A DNA stretch of 63,046 nucleotides, the filler included, from Octopus bimaculoides (Eukaryota), in NCBI RefSeq assembly GCF_001194135.2. It is 4 parts of 4 records of this genome, joined end to end, with 100 filler letters (N's around TTAATTAATTAA, not from the genome) between each part and the next. Parts side by side here need not be neighbours in the genome. Positions count along the whole stretch, not along the records: positions 26,348 to 55,467 come from NC_069002.1; 3 more parts are not named here. One strand, given 5' to 3'. This document shows, in pieces, positions 28,034 through 39,959 of the stretch. The notes beneath the pieces are model-generated. The model did no database searches. It was given only the letters and a program-made list of their open reading frames with translations, and was not told where the DNA came from. The translations under genes and the position numbers were made by a program. How positions within the stretch are numbered: position 1 is the first letter of the stretch; each line of letters starts with the position of its first letter.

Positions 28034-28588
28034 NNNNNNNNNNNNNNNNNNNNNNNNNNNNNNNNNNNNNNNNNNNNNNNNNNNNNNNNNNNNNNNNNNN
28101 NNNNNNNNNNNNNNNNNNNNNNNNNNNNNNNNNNNNNNNNNNNNNNNNNNNNNNNNNNNNNNNNNNNNNNNNNNNNNNNNNNNNNNNNNNNNNNNNNNNN
28201 NNNNNNNNNNNNNNNNNNNNNNNNNNNNNNNNNNNNNNNNNNNNNNNNNNNNNNNNNNNNNNNNNNNNNNNNNNNNNNNNNNNNNNNNNNNNNNNNNNNN
28301 NNNNNNNNNNNNNNNNNNNNNNNNNNNNNNNNNNNNNNNNNNNNNNNNNNNNNNNNNNNNNNNNNNNNNNNNNNNNNNNNNNNNNNNNNNNNNNNNNNNN
28401 NNNNNNNNNNNNNNNNNNNNNNNNNNNNNNNNNNNNNNNNNNNNNNNNNNNNNNNNNNNNNNNNNNNNNNNNNNNNNNNNNNNNNNNNNNNNNNNNNNNN
28501 NNNNNNNNNNNNNNNNNNNNNNNNNNNNNNNNNNNNNNNNNNNNNNNNNNNNNNNNNNNNNNNNNNNNNNNNNNNNNNNNNNNNNNNN

Positions 28589-28690
<102 letters not shown>

Positions 28691-29206
28691 ACAGACGAAT
28701 GGAGTTTAAATTTGCGACAATTGTTGCGCTAGAAATCTTTATTTAATGTAGCTAGAATAGAATACGTCAGGTATTGTGTGGATTTCAAGTCTCTCGAGGC
28801 GTATTTATACCTACTCAATCACGATTGGCCGGTACTTCGACTCGTGGAGCTTTAAAGTTAACAATATCAATATAAAAATCCAGGAGGTGGATGTGTTAAA
28901 GAGCAGGCAACCAATTATGGTGCAGAACAAGGAGGAGGAAAATAGATATAATTTATAGTTCTATATCATAAGATAACAGAAAGAGACCTAGGCTTTTTCC
29001 CATAGCCAAAACAGCGTCAAGGACACATTAATTGCTCTGCGTAAACACTGAGCAAGCAATTAGGTTGGTTAGGTAGAGACAGACTTTTTTTTACTAACAC
29101 ACACACACGCGCGCATATATACACACATACACGCACATACACACATATAGGTACATATATACATATACTTATACATACATGTATACACGTACATACATGC
29201 GCGCGT

Positions 29207-29241
<35 letters not shown>

Positions 29242-29490
29242 TATATATATATATAAAATATATATAATTAACGAGAAATATTTCACAGATGGAGATTTTA
29301 TATTTTTATTGATGCATTGCTACACATGTTTCGGCATGGCATATATTTTTATGGTACCACGTAACCATATTCATAGGATATTATTAAATATCATTGATAA
29401 TACCTATGGACCCTATGGGATCCCATTAATTCGACATGCATACTTCTTCAATACATACATATATACACGTACATATGTGTACATATATAC

Positions 29491-29538
<48 letters not shown>

Positions 29539-30458
29539 NNNNNNNNNNNNNNNNNNNNNNNNNNNNNNNNNNNNNNNNNNNNNNNNNNNNNNNNNNNNNN
29601 NNNNNNNNNNNNNNNNNNNNNNNNNNNNNNNNNNNNNNNNNNNNNNNNNNNNNNNNNNNNNNNNNNNNNNNNNNNNNNNNNNNNNNNNNNNNNNNNNNNN
29701 NNNNNNNNNNNNNNNNNNNNNNNNNNNNNNNNNNNNNNNNNNNNNNNNNNNNNNNNNNNNNNNNNNNNNNNNNNNNNNNNNNNNNNNNNNNNNNNNNNNN
29801 NNNNNNNNNNNNNNNNNNNNNNNNNNNNNNNNNNNNNNNNNNNNNNNNNNNNNNNNNNNNNNNNNNNNNNNNNNNNNNNNNNNNNNNNNNNNNNNNNNNN
29901 NNNNNNNNNNNNNNNNNNNNNNNNNNNNNNNNNNNNNNNNNNNNNNNNNNNNNNNNNNNNNNNNNNNNNNNNNNNNNNNNNNNNNNNNNNNNNNNNNNNN
30001 NNNNNNNNNNNNNNNNNNNNNNNNNNNNNNNNNNNNNNNNNNNNNNNNNNNNNNNNNNNNNNNNNNNNNNNNNNNNNNNNNNNNNNNNNNNNNNNNNNNN
30101 NNNNNNNNNNNNNNNNNNNNNNNNNNNNNNNNNNNNNNNNNNNNNNNNNNNNNNNNNNNNNNNNNNNNNNNNNNNNNNNNNNNNNNNNNNNNNNNNNNNN
30201 NNNNNNNNNNNNNNNNNNNNNNNNNNNNNNNNNNNNNNNNNNNNNNNNNNNNNNNNTACAGAAAACAAAAGATAATGGCATGTGAAGGAACAGCATTCAA
30301 GTGCATTAGTTTGCATTGAGGTGCATTTCACGCTTTGAGCTTACGCCCGTCAACAAAAAGGTCTGAGAGAAATGAAAATGGATAGAGAAAAAAGGTGTAG
30401 GGTTTAACAGTTCAACATGATGAAATGACCAGAAGAAATATTATATATACATATATAT

Positions 30459-30608
30459 ATTATGGTAAGAATGGATACATAATGGATACTATATATTTAT
30501 TGATTCTAGAATGATTTGAACACACACACACATATATTTAATCTTGCGTTGGATATACGGTATTGTTCCTGTGGTCTTCCACCCTTATGTATCCATTCTT
30601 ACCATAAT
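30459..30608. repeat. Perfect 24-bp inverted repeat with 102-bp spacer
   Basis: attatggtaagaatggatacataa (30459-30482) and ttatgtatccattcttaccataat (30585-30608). Confidence 0.85.
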
Positions 30609-30710
30609 TTGAATTCTAGCTCATGCTGAGCACTTCAACTCTAGCCCGTTTTATGTAATGTTATATTAACAATATCTAATTAAACAAAAAATTGACTAAG
30701 GTTGACTATA

Positions 30711-30814
30711 CTTAAATTCGTCTGATGAACTTGATATTCACGTAATGCATGAGGTAGTTTATTCTGAGTACAGCAAGCAAAAATTTCTAGCGAAACAATT
30801 GTGGGAGATTTAAG
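30711..30814 (+). ncRNA. Degenerate type I hammerhead-like motif
   Basis: CUGAUGA at 30722-28, GAAA at 30792-95, palindromic ACAAUUGU helix III, stem I cuuaaauu/gauuuaag in register; H17 is G and stem II is mostly lost. Confidence 0.45.
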
Positions 30815-31466
30815 CGCCTTTCGTTTGTTATTTATGATACTTGTGCCACACAATGAGTTTCTTAGTAATTTGATAATTGGTTGAATAAGTAGAATTGAGA
30901 ATTACTTTACAACAATATCCAATTCCATGTATTAGTTTCTACGAGGATGGATTATTTTACTGTCTGCAGTGTATGATTCATCAAACCAATCGGTGACGTT
31001 CTACGCGTTGATACGCTTCGATTTTTAATGAATCCTTTTAATTGAAATACATGCATACATATACGAGTGTATATATATATATATATATATGCATTTATCT
31101 ATCCTTCTGTATATATGTATGTACACACACACATGTATATGTGCAGTCTCAACACCACAATTTTCAGTTGCAGTTCAAGTCGGAGTTTTAGTGATAAACC
31201 AAACTGAGCACTCAGAGTACATATTCATTACATTACGTCAGTTCATGAAAACTCCCGGGGTATATTCTCCCCCTTCTCTCTGTATATATCTATATATATA
31301 TATCTATATATGTATGTATATATATACATGCATACACATACATACACATACATACACATACATACACTTATCAACTCTCGATGTATTCTATTTAAAACAC
31401 TCCACCGCTTATTCTCTCTCTCACTCATTTCCCCTCTCTCCTGCTTTCTATCCCACTATCTCTCTC

Positions 31467-31500
<34 letters not shown>

Positions 31501-31577
31501 GATATATACACATACATCTTTATAAACGTATATACCATATTTATATATACATTTATATTTGCGTACTTCTACACACG

Positions 31578-31619
<42 letters not shown>

Positions 31620-31626
31620 CACACAA

Positions 31627-31689
<63 letters not shown>

Positions 31690-32249
31690 ACACACTAAAA
31701 GGGAAATAATTGGTTTTCCCGATAGAAATAATCTTAGGTTTAGCAGTTTAGTTAGAGAATGACATCGGAAGACGAAAAGAAAAAGGAAAACTTTGGTAAA
31801 CATTTGTTTCAATTAAATTGATGTTAAGAGAAGTCAATAATAGTTAGTAGATTCAGAAGAGGATCTCGTTCTCTTCCAAAGACACAACCCGTGCTTATCT
31901 CGCTAATTCCTTTAATTACGGTTTTACACCGATTCATAAGCGAGATTTCATTAAACAAGATATATATGTAATGTTCAATTTATGCTGGAAACTATAATTA
32001 TTTGAACACAGCTTGTTAATAACACTTTAAATTCATATCCAGTGTTCGAGTAAAACGAAAATTTGTATTTCAAATACAATAAGCAGATAGATTGCAATTT
32101 TTAATCAATTCACAGATACGAACAGCCATTTAAATATTTACACATCAACGCAAATTTACATATTCTCGTATGACGTTATGTACAGAACGAACGCCATCAG
32201 TAAACACCGCGGAGAAATCCACTTTATAATCTTTCGATTCGCTAGAAAA

Positions 32250-32690
32250 AGCAGTCAAATTTATCGAAACCACAAATTAACATGTTTAAAATCGTATCCA
32301 ATTATTTGCTGGTATATTCAGTGATGTTCCATCTCCAATATCCGGTATTAGCTAAACACCTCCCGAGTAGCTACAGACCCAACTCATCTGAAAAATGTAT
32401 GTGTTTATTTACCAATCGATACAGCAGTGTGAGAAAAAAATATCCAATATTCTCTTGTAAATCAAAGTTCCTTGTAATAAAGGAAACTGTCCAAGTGTTA
32501 TTAGTTCATCTGTACTTAGTATAATCCCTGACGGAGAAAGAATATAATGAGCAGACATTCCTAAACATCAATATAACCAGAGAAGCCAGCAATGAAATCT
32601 CTCTGTCAAATGTCTCCGTTTGACCAGGAGTTCTTAAACATTTTTTTTTCAGCAGACCCCTTTAACGTCTCCAGCAGCGTCGAAGTGTCC
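32250..32690 (-). pseudogene. Possible hAT (ZBED/Charlie-like) transposase relic
   Basis: YIDV*ECLLIIFFLR and LGQ...IYKRILDIFFSHCCIDW resemble DESTDV...QLLVFIR and IF..L..FF....IDW blocks. Confidence 0.35.
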
Positions 32691-32717
32691 CCTGTAAAGA
32701 ATATTATATAAAATATA

Positions 32718-32940
32718 TACACGAGAAGGGGCTGAAAAGTTCCTGGATTTGGGAAAAAGAAAATACAGAAGGAACGGTTAATAATGATTTTATTCAACAT
32801 ATTCCCCTCTCAGATTCACACATTTAATGCAGCGGTCCTTCAGTTTTTCTAAGCCCTGGAAAAGAACTTGGAAGGTTGGGCCTCCAAGCAAGGCTTTTGC
32901 AATACCCTTAAAGCCAGGAACTTTTCAGCCCCACCTTGTA
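32718..32940. mobile_element. mariner-type MITE (~220 bp), TA-flanked
   Basis: TIRs cgagaaggggctgaaaagttcctgg and ccaggaacttttcagccccaccttgTA; another end of this family lies at 35342-35375. Confidence 0.85.
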
Positions 32941-32966
32941 CATATATATATATATATACATATACA

Positions 32967-33015
<49 letters not shown>

Positions 33016-33105
33016 AACATACATATATGTGTATACATACGTACATACATACATATGTGTATACACACGTACATACATACATACGTACAAACACACACAC
33101 GCGCG

Positions 33106-33139
<34 letters not shown>

Positions 33140-33151
33140 CATATACTTATG

Positions 33152-33287
33152 CGCAGGCTTGGCTTGTGTGGTATGAAGTTTGTTTCCCACCCACATGGTT
33201 CCCGGTTCAGTCCCACTGTGTGGCCGACCAAAGCCTTGTGATTGGATTTGGTAGACGGAGATTGAAAGAAGCCCGTCAGTAGGGAAC
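33152..33287 (+). mobile_element. SINE family B, 5' part
   Basis: ggcttgtgtggtatgaag...catggttcccggttcagtcccactg...ccgaccaaagccttgtg...gaaagaagcccgtc. Confidence 0.75.
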
Positions 33288-33299
33288 ATTAATGCATAG

Positions 33300-34330
33300 G
33301 CTTCGAAAAATCTTTGCAAGCCTTACTAATATGTGTATTTTTGTGTATTTTAGGTAATGCGTAGAATAGACTTGGTCTGTATTTAAAATTGGATAAATAG
33401 TCAATGTCTTTTTAGTGAGGCCCTTTCCATGTATTTGAAGTTAGGAGGATAAGTTTTTAAGTGTCTTTTGTGGGTTAGAGTAATCTATTTTATAGTAAAT
33501 ATTGTTTTCCAACATGGAGAGTATTAAATTTTTATAGTACTCTGTGTTCATCACTACTACCGCACTTCCTTTATCGGCTTCTTTAATGGTTAGATTTATA
33601 TCATTTTTTTAAAACTCGATTAGGTTTTTTTATTCATTTGTGTTGAGGTTGGATTTAATTCACTGTTTTTGTGGGGTATTAAATGGAAAATTGGTAATGT
33701 GTTCACAAAAGTCATCAAGTGCTTTATTTCTGCCTCTTGTAGGACAGTATTCGCTTTTGTTTTTTACTATTGAGTCACCTTCGCTGGTGTAGTTGTGAAG
33801 TGCTTCTGTAAGGCGCAATTTTCGGCAAAAATCCATAGTTATCCTTGATTTCATTCAGGTTCGATCTGCGAGGTGTTGGTGTAAACTTCAAACCTCTTGG
33901 TAGAATTTTAGTTTGTGTAGTACTTCGGATTTTCTTTGAGTTGATTATTTTCGGTTGTTCATGTATATTTTGTTCTATTTCACATCTCTGTTTCTCTGAT
34001 TTAGGTCTAAAACATGGCTGTAGTAAGTGAATTGTTGTGGGAAGTCTGTATTGTATTTGGTTTGGTGTAGAGAAATTGGGTGTAAAGTGAGTCTGTGGTA
34101 GTTTGTTGTGGAGAGTTGTTATATTGTCTATGGTGGATGTAGTTTGGGTTAAATTTATTGTTAATTTTGTAATGCGGATAGAGGGAGACGTTATGCTGTC
34201 TAATTAGGTTGTGTCTAGTTGAATGCTTGAAGTATTCATGTTGAAAGTTAAGTCTCGGAGGCAAATTTTTCCATTATCTGCTAGATGATGGGGGGTAGAT
34301 TGGTAGGTAATGTTTCTCGGAAGTTTTGGT
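33300..34330 (-). pseudogene. Penelope-like element ORF, N-terminal region and start of RT
   Basis: DFCRKLRL...RNKALDDF, LTIKEADKGSAVVVMNTEYY, RPSLFYALPKIHK: characteristic PLE pre-RT motifs; stops and frameshifts present. Confidence 0.85.
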
Positions 34331-34348
34331 TAGTCTGGAGACTTTTCT

Positions 34349-34780
34349 AAAGAACAAATCCGCTACCCACAATATAGACAGATGCAGGTCAGTGAACACA
34401 TGAAAAGATGTGCTAGGAACCTTAAATCGAACTTCCTAATTTTCCCTTTTTATCAATGTTCACAGAACACCTCAGTACAGCAAAGATTAAATAAAGAGGC
34501 AACTTTCGTTAATAAATATCATCTACAACTCAATATGAACACAACTTAATACAGGACACTACTAACCTAATCATTGCATCACTTCCTGAACTTCTTACCT
34601 CATTTGCATGTAATCTTTTCACTTAGGTACTATTAGACCCAACACCGTTTGGAAATCGGTGTTCATTCAAATTCAGTGATCAGCTCTGACCATACCGGTA
34701 TGTCTTTGAATCTCTATAATGATTCATAATGATTTTTATACTTCATAATTCCACCTCAAATCATCTAAGTGTATGTATAT
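34349..34780 (+). pseudogene. PLE GIY-YIG C-terminus plus 3' region, inverted relative to the adjacent ORF (inverted pLTR)
   Basis: KEQIRYPQYRQMQVSEHMKRCARNLKSNFLIFPFYQ...RLNKEATFVNKYHLQLN* (34349-34549); homologous to 48131 and 60819. Confidence 0.75.
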
Positions 34781-34948
34781 ACCTTTGCTTTTCTTAAAAA
34801 AACCTTTATTTTTTTATATCTAATGTGCATTTTCTTTGGTATTCTTTTTACTTTTCCCCTATTTATACCACATGTAGTCTTTTTTTTTTCTTTGAAACCT
34901 ATTTCTATTATATACATACATACATACATATATATATCTTGGACAAGA

Positions 34949-35114
34949 AAGTAAATTTCGAACGCAGTGTATCTGTGAAAGCAGCAAGAAAAGATTTAGT
35001 ATTTACCCTTAGAAGACCAGAAAATGTTGCCGGCAACCTTTCCCCGTCTTCTATGGGTAAATACCCAATCTCTCTCTGCTGCTTTCACAGATACACTGCG
35101 TTCGAAATTTACTT
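34949..35114. repeat. 166-bp loopless palindrome (foldback element)
   Basis: Outer 37 bp perfectly inverted; centre gttgcc|ggcaac; no indels between arms. Confidence 0.9.
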
Positions 35115-35384
35115 GTCTGTAAAATACCAACAGTCGGCGCTTCCAAAGTTTGTTTATAAAATGTTCNNNNNNNNNNNNNNNNNNNNNNNNNNNNNNNNNN
35201 NNNNNNNNNNNNNNNNNNNNNNNNNNNNNNNNNNNNNNNNNNNNNNNNNNNNNNNNNNNNNNNNNNNNNNNNNNNNNNNNNNNNNNNNNNNNNNNNNNNN
35301 NNNNNNNNNNNNNNNNNNNNNNNNNNNNNNNNNNNNNNNNNTACTCTTAAAGCCCGGAACTTTTCACCACCACTGGTGTGTGTG

Positions 35385-35420
<36 letters not shown>

Positions 35421-35422
<2 letters not shown>

Positions 35423-35474
35423 GATGTTTACTATTTTACACTTTTCTAGAAAAGTGTAAAATAGTAAACGTCCT
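35421..35474. repeat. 54-bp palindrome, one mismatch
   Basis: aggatgtttactattttacacttttct|agaaaagtgtaaaatagtaaacgtcct. Confidence 0.9.
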
Positions 35475-36599
35475 GATAACCTGGAATACTTGTTATTCCC
35501 TAATATATTATAAATATTATTTAATACTATCGCCTATTCTGTTAGTATTTCTGGCACATGCCGGTTATGTACCTATCAGGTAGGATTGAACCAATAGAGT
35601 ACCTATTCCCCGTAGGAGAGAATACACAAACTTAATAGTCCAGATTAAGAACTTTTTAAACAGAATACATTGGAAGGCCTACTTGCACGATAGCAATAAA
35701 TATAATACCAACAAATTAGAAGATAATGACTACTTTAAAAGCAACTTTAAATCTTGATTACTTTGCACTACCTTCTTTCCTCACAGATTAATAACAGGTA
35801 AGATATATTTATTTATTTAATTTTATTGTATGTTATTTTAATTATTTTATTTGATGTAATTTTCTCTGCGTATACCATACCATGAGGTTATCCTGAAATA
35901 GGAATTGCTTATCTATTGGTAAATATCTCAAATTTGTAATTGTAATATTATATATATTTACATACATACTTATATATATACCTGTTTCTATATATATATA
36001 TATATATTGCTGATTTCGCTTCCTCATTTCCAAGCTTTATTTCTCAGATCCATGCTCCTCAGTTTATCCGTAATCTACATTTTTAGATTCGTTTGACAAC
36101 AACAATGCACGAATCTCAACTGAATTTATTCTTGTGCTGACGCCGAGGAAAGTGAATATTCACGGCACTTTTCGATAATGAGTTTGTTAATTCTATTGTG
36201 ATGTTTAATCTCTCTCTTTTAGTTTCAAAATTGGTTTAGTTCTAACACTTGTGTATTAGGAGTATTTGGTAGTCACAAAGCACTAAAAGTCGAACCCGTA
36301 TCGCTATCCGAAAGAAAGTAATAACTCAGTAACACGAACGCAATTCGCTTAAATATTGCTGACATCATTCAAAATATTAACGAGGATCAAATCTTTGGCA
36401 CGCTTTTTCTGAAATAAGAAATCGACTTTTTACTTGGCGCTTTTTCGCCAATGACCAGCTGATAGCAGCAGAGAACCAGGGCAGAGTCTGTAACAGCAAG
36501 ACAGTGGTCAACGTCGATGACGGCGATAGTAGCAGAATCACACCCGAGCCAGCTTCCTCTAAGAAACACACGACATCGACTACTGTTACATCTGACCCA

Positions 36600-36992
36600 A
36601 CATGTTGTTATTGGCACTCCGTCGCTTACGACGTCGAGGGTTCCAGTTGATCCGATCAACGGAACAGCCTGCTCGTGAAATTAACGTGCAAGTGGCTGAG
36701 CACTGCACAGACACGTGTACCCTTAACGTAGTTCTCGGGGAGATTCAGCGTGACACAGAGTGTGACAAGGCTGGCTCTTTGAATTACAGGCACAACAGAA
36801 ACAAGAAGAAAGAGTGAGAGAAAGTTGTGGTGAAAGAGTACAGCATGGTTCACCACCATCCCCTGCCGGAGCCTCGTGGAGCTTTTAGGTGTTTTCGCTC
36901 AATAAACACTCAAAACGCCCGGTCTGGGATTCGAAACCGCGATCCTATGACCGCGAGTCCGTTGCCCTAACTACTGGGCCATTGCGCCTCCT
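36600..36992 (-). mobile_element. tRNA-headed SINE family D, near full length and well preserved
   Basis: Head gaggcgcaatggcccagtagttagggc...ggtttcgaatcccagacc; tail ...gtcgtaagcgacggagtgccaataacaac shared with 50290, 23580 and 55030. Confidence 0.85.
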
Positions 36993-37257
36993 CTGACCCA
37001 ACAGCATCTCATATAAACTGCGAACTATCGTTCTTGTGTAAACATCTTTTCTTTGTCGTTCATAGCAACGATAACATTTATCTGTTAACGGTAAGAACAA
37101 ATATTCTTGCATTTGCAATCTTAACAGAATTTGTGTTAATTCGATCCCTGTCAATTCGATACCAAATTGTAACACTGTTCAGGCATCCAGAAAACCACTT
37201 TATCGTAACACATGTATAAAAGTGTTCAATGAAGTGCTCGATGTCAATCTCTTGCCA

Positions 37258-37856
37258 TTAACGCTTAAACGATGGATATCATCAACTGATATTCCCAAAA
37301 CTTTACATGGATACGGCCATCATCAACTGACGACCAAGTGTCTACTTCGTCAAATGCTTCTAAGCGTAAGCGGTCCTTATCGGTAGGAGGAATCAAGTTG
37401 CAAATGGAAGATTTATATAGCAATGAAGAAGTCCTTTTTTTTCTAACTTACCTTTATCATCAGATGAGGTAGAGGATGATGAGGATGATGCTCTAGTGAG
37501 CACAGAAGAAAGCGATGCTCCATCTAATTCTGCATGGAAAAAAAAAAAAAAGAAAATGCACCGAGCTTTCGCCATTTGTACATTCCTTTGACAACAACAG
37601 AATGAGAATCTCAAATGAATTGATACACGCTCTAAATATGCAAAGATAAGAGAATATTATACGGTACTTTTCGATTATGAGATTGTAAATTTTATTGTGC
37701 GAGAGACTAACAATTATTATAGCTTTTGTTCCTATTTGAAGTGAAAATGAGTATATAAAATAGAAGAAAAATAGACATTTTTTTTGGTGGGGTGTTTTTT
37801 GTCCGTTTGGCTCACAAATTCATGCAACCCTTTCCCACCGTTTGAGGGATAGTTAA
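37258..37856 (+). mobile_element. Probable internally deleted piggyBac derivative
   Basis: TTAA at both ends, imperfect TIR (cgcttaaacg / cgtttgaggg), acidic stretch DEVEDDEDD and LFDYEIVNFIVRETNNY resembling the piggyBac FDxEIxxxIVxETNxY block. Confidence 0.45.
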
Positions 37857-38056
37857 GGTGGCAAACAAGCAAAGTCAATGGTATGTCACAAAATGGTTAG
37901 TATTTCTTCCGGATCTTTACGTTCTGAGTTCAAATCTCATGGTGGTCGATTTTGCCATTCATTTTTCGGGATCAATAAAATAAGCACAGAGGTCGATGTA
38001 ATCGACTAGCCCCTTCCCTCAAAGTTGCTGGCCTAGTGCTAAGATTTGAAACTATT
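37855..38056 (+). mobile_element. SINE family A, degenerate
   Basis: gttctgagttcaaatctc...gtcgattttgccattc...gtcgatgtaatcgactagccc. Confidence 0.65.
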
Positions 38057-39174
38057 AGTTAATATTTCTTTGATTATTTGTTTACAATTATCTTTTTTTC
38101 TTTCTCTCATTCGCACTCCTTCTTTTCGTTCGTTCCTTCCTCCCTTCCTTCATGCTTTATAGTTTTTTCCTTCTGACGTATACTCTTTGCATTTAATCAT
38201 AAATCCATACTTAATGCTATGGTTTAAGCTATGTTGTGTAAAGGAACAAAATAAAATGAAAAAAAAAAAAAAATTTTTTTATTTCTGAAATACTACAAGG
38301 ATTTATTCAATAGATAACATTTATACACCATTTAATTCTTCATAGTTTGATTCTCAATAGGTATATAGCCTCCCTTTGTTCTGCCAGAATGTATCGCAGA
38401 GCCATGTCGCCTGCAGTAAAAAATAACAACAAAAGCTATGCAATGTTTTCGATAGATTAGCTGACACAACACGCTGGATTGCATTGACGTTTTTTTTCTC
38501 TCTCGGTCTCTCTTTCTCTCTCCCTAAACAACAACGTCTAACAAAATGTTTAAACGTTTACACTACTAAACTATAAAACAATATTTTTAAAAGCTTCTTT
38601 TAGACATAAATCTGATTGTTGTTATTGTATTTCTTCTAGAGCAACCTACGCACATTTCACCCAGAATAATCATCGCTTTAATTCATTTTGATGATGAAAA
38701 ATAACAATAACAACAATAATAGTAATAATAATAATAATATAAGAAAATGGTTAATATTACCGCTAAAAGCGGATCACTTGACCAGTTGTATTGTTAGGAT
38801 AGTATTTAGCCGCCATTGTTGCGCTAAATTATCCGATTTGTCTGCCATCTTTTCATCTCGGTTAAACAAAGAAAAAATATACATAGGAAGCTTTTTTTTC
38901 CGTCCCTTTCCCCCCTGATTGTCAGTGTACACTGATTCAATGACAGGATTGTTGCATGACTCTCTAAATGGTTGTTTACTCTTCCTGAACATAAACATAA
39001 AACATACGCAGCAGCATTTCGGAGCTTTATCTAGAAACGTAGTCAATGTTTGATGTGATTTTATGTCTTAAATACTGACTTTTTAAATGGTTGTTTGTTG
39101 TTCATAAACAAGAACACTCAGACAAAGATTTCAGGGAGTTATTTTATTTATTAACGTAGTAGAATGGTCTCTAT

Positions 39175-39726
39175 CAGTGGTTCTTGACTGGGGTCCACAC
39201 GACCATGGAGGTTCATATAAGATTTTGTCGTTAAAATTCATGTGCAATAAGCTGGTTATACAATTCTATATTTAAGAGATGAGGAATTATGTACATTATT
39301 TACATTACTTACATTTGACGGATATTTGTCCTCATCTTATTTGCTGTTAACACAAAGTTTCGGCTGATATACCCTCCAGCTTCATCAGGCGTCTTGGGAA
39401 AATTTCGAACCTGGGTTCTCATTCCTTAGGTATTTTCGATATTATTATTATTATTATTATTATTATTAAGGTCCCTGCATGGAATCGAACTTGGAATCTT
39501 GGGTTAGTAGCCCATGCTCTTAACCACTACGCTATATGCCCGTGGTTATACTTCTACAATACACAAAATACTTCAACAGTTTCTTTTTATACAATTCCTA
39601 ATAACATCGAATTATAAAAATGGATTTTTAAAATCATCAGATGTCTCTGAGGGTCCATCCTTGTAAAACGGGAATCAAAGGAGGTCAGTAGGTAAAAAAT
39701 CAAAAGAAAAAGATTGAGAATCACTG
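39175..39726. mobile_element. hAT-type MITE (host of the tRNA/hammerhead element)
   Basis: TIRs cagtggttcttgac / gattgagaatcactg; 8-bp flanks gtctctat / gtctgtaa (6 of 8 match). Confidence 0.7.
39262..39542 (-). mobile_element. SINE-like element: tRNA head + (AAT)n + minimal hammerhead-like motif + 3' hairpin
   Basis: A-box TAGCGTAGTGG, B-box AGTTCGATTCC; GACGC-CUGAUGA-A-GCUG[10 nt]CAGC-C-GAAAC-UUU-GUGUU; perfect 9-bp TSD tggttatac at 39253-61 and 39543-51. Confidence 0.8.
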
Positions 39727-39959
39727 GTCTGTAAGATTTCATGGCCTCAAACCTGACCTCTGTTATCTTTTGTTTGAGAGTGTGGAGATTTTCATGTTAA
39801 GTTTGAGCCCGTTTCGCGAGGATGGTGTAACACAAAGGGGTCTCTCATAAGCGTTAGTATGACAAAGGGCTGCACTATAGTTATGGATTTCTCTGCGAGT
39901 TCTGCGGCGTGGTTTATATAAATGGACCTGTTCCTCATTCTACAGATTCGTTAGACCGA

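Noticed and set aside
36920-36992. SINE heads as functional tRNA genes (also 39470-39542 and others)
   Set aside because: Incomplete cloverleafs that run into SINE bodies without terminators.
37000-37175. KCYRCYERQRKDV as a piggyBac C-terminal cysteine-rich domain
   Set aside because: Only one CxxC pair, and it lies on the strand opposite the adjacent piggyBac-like relic.
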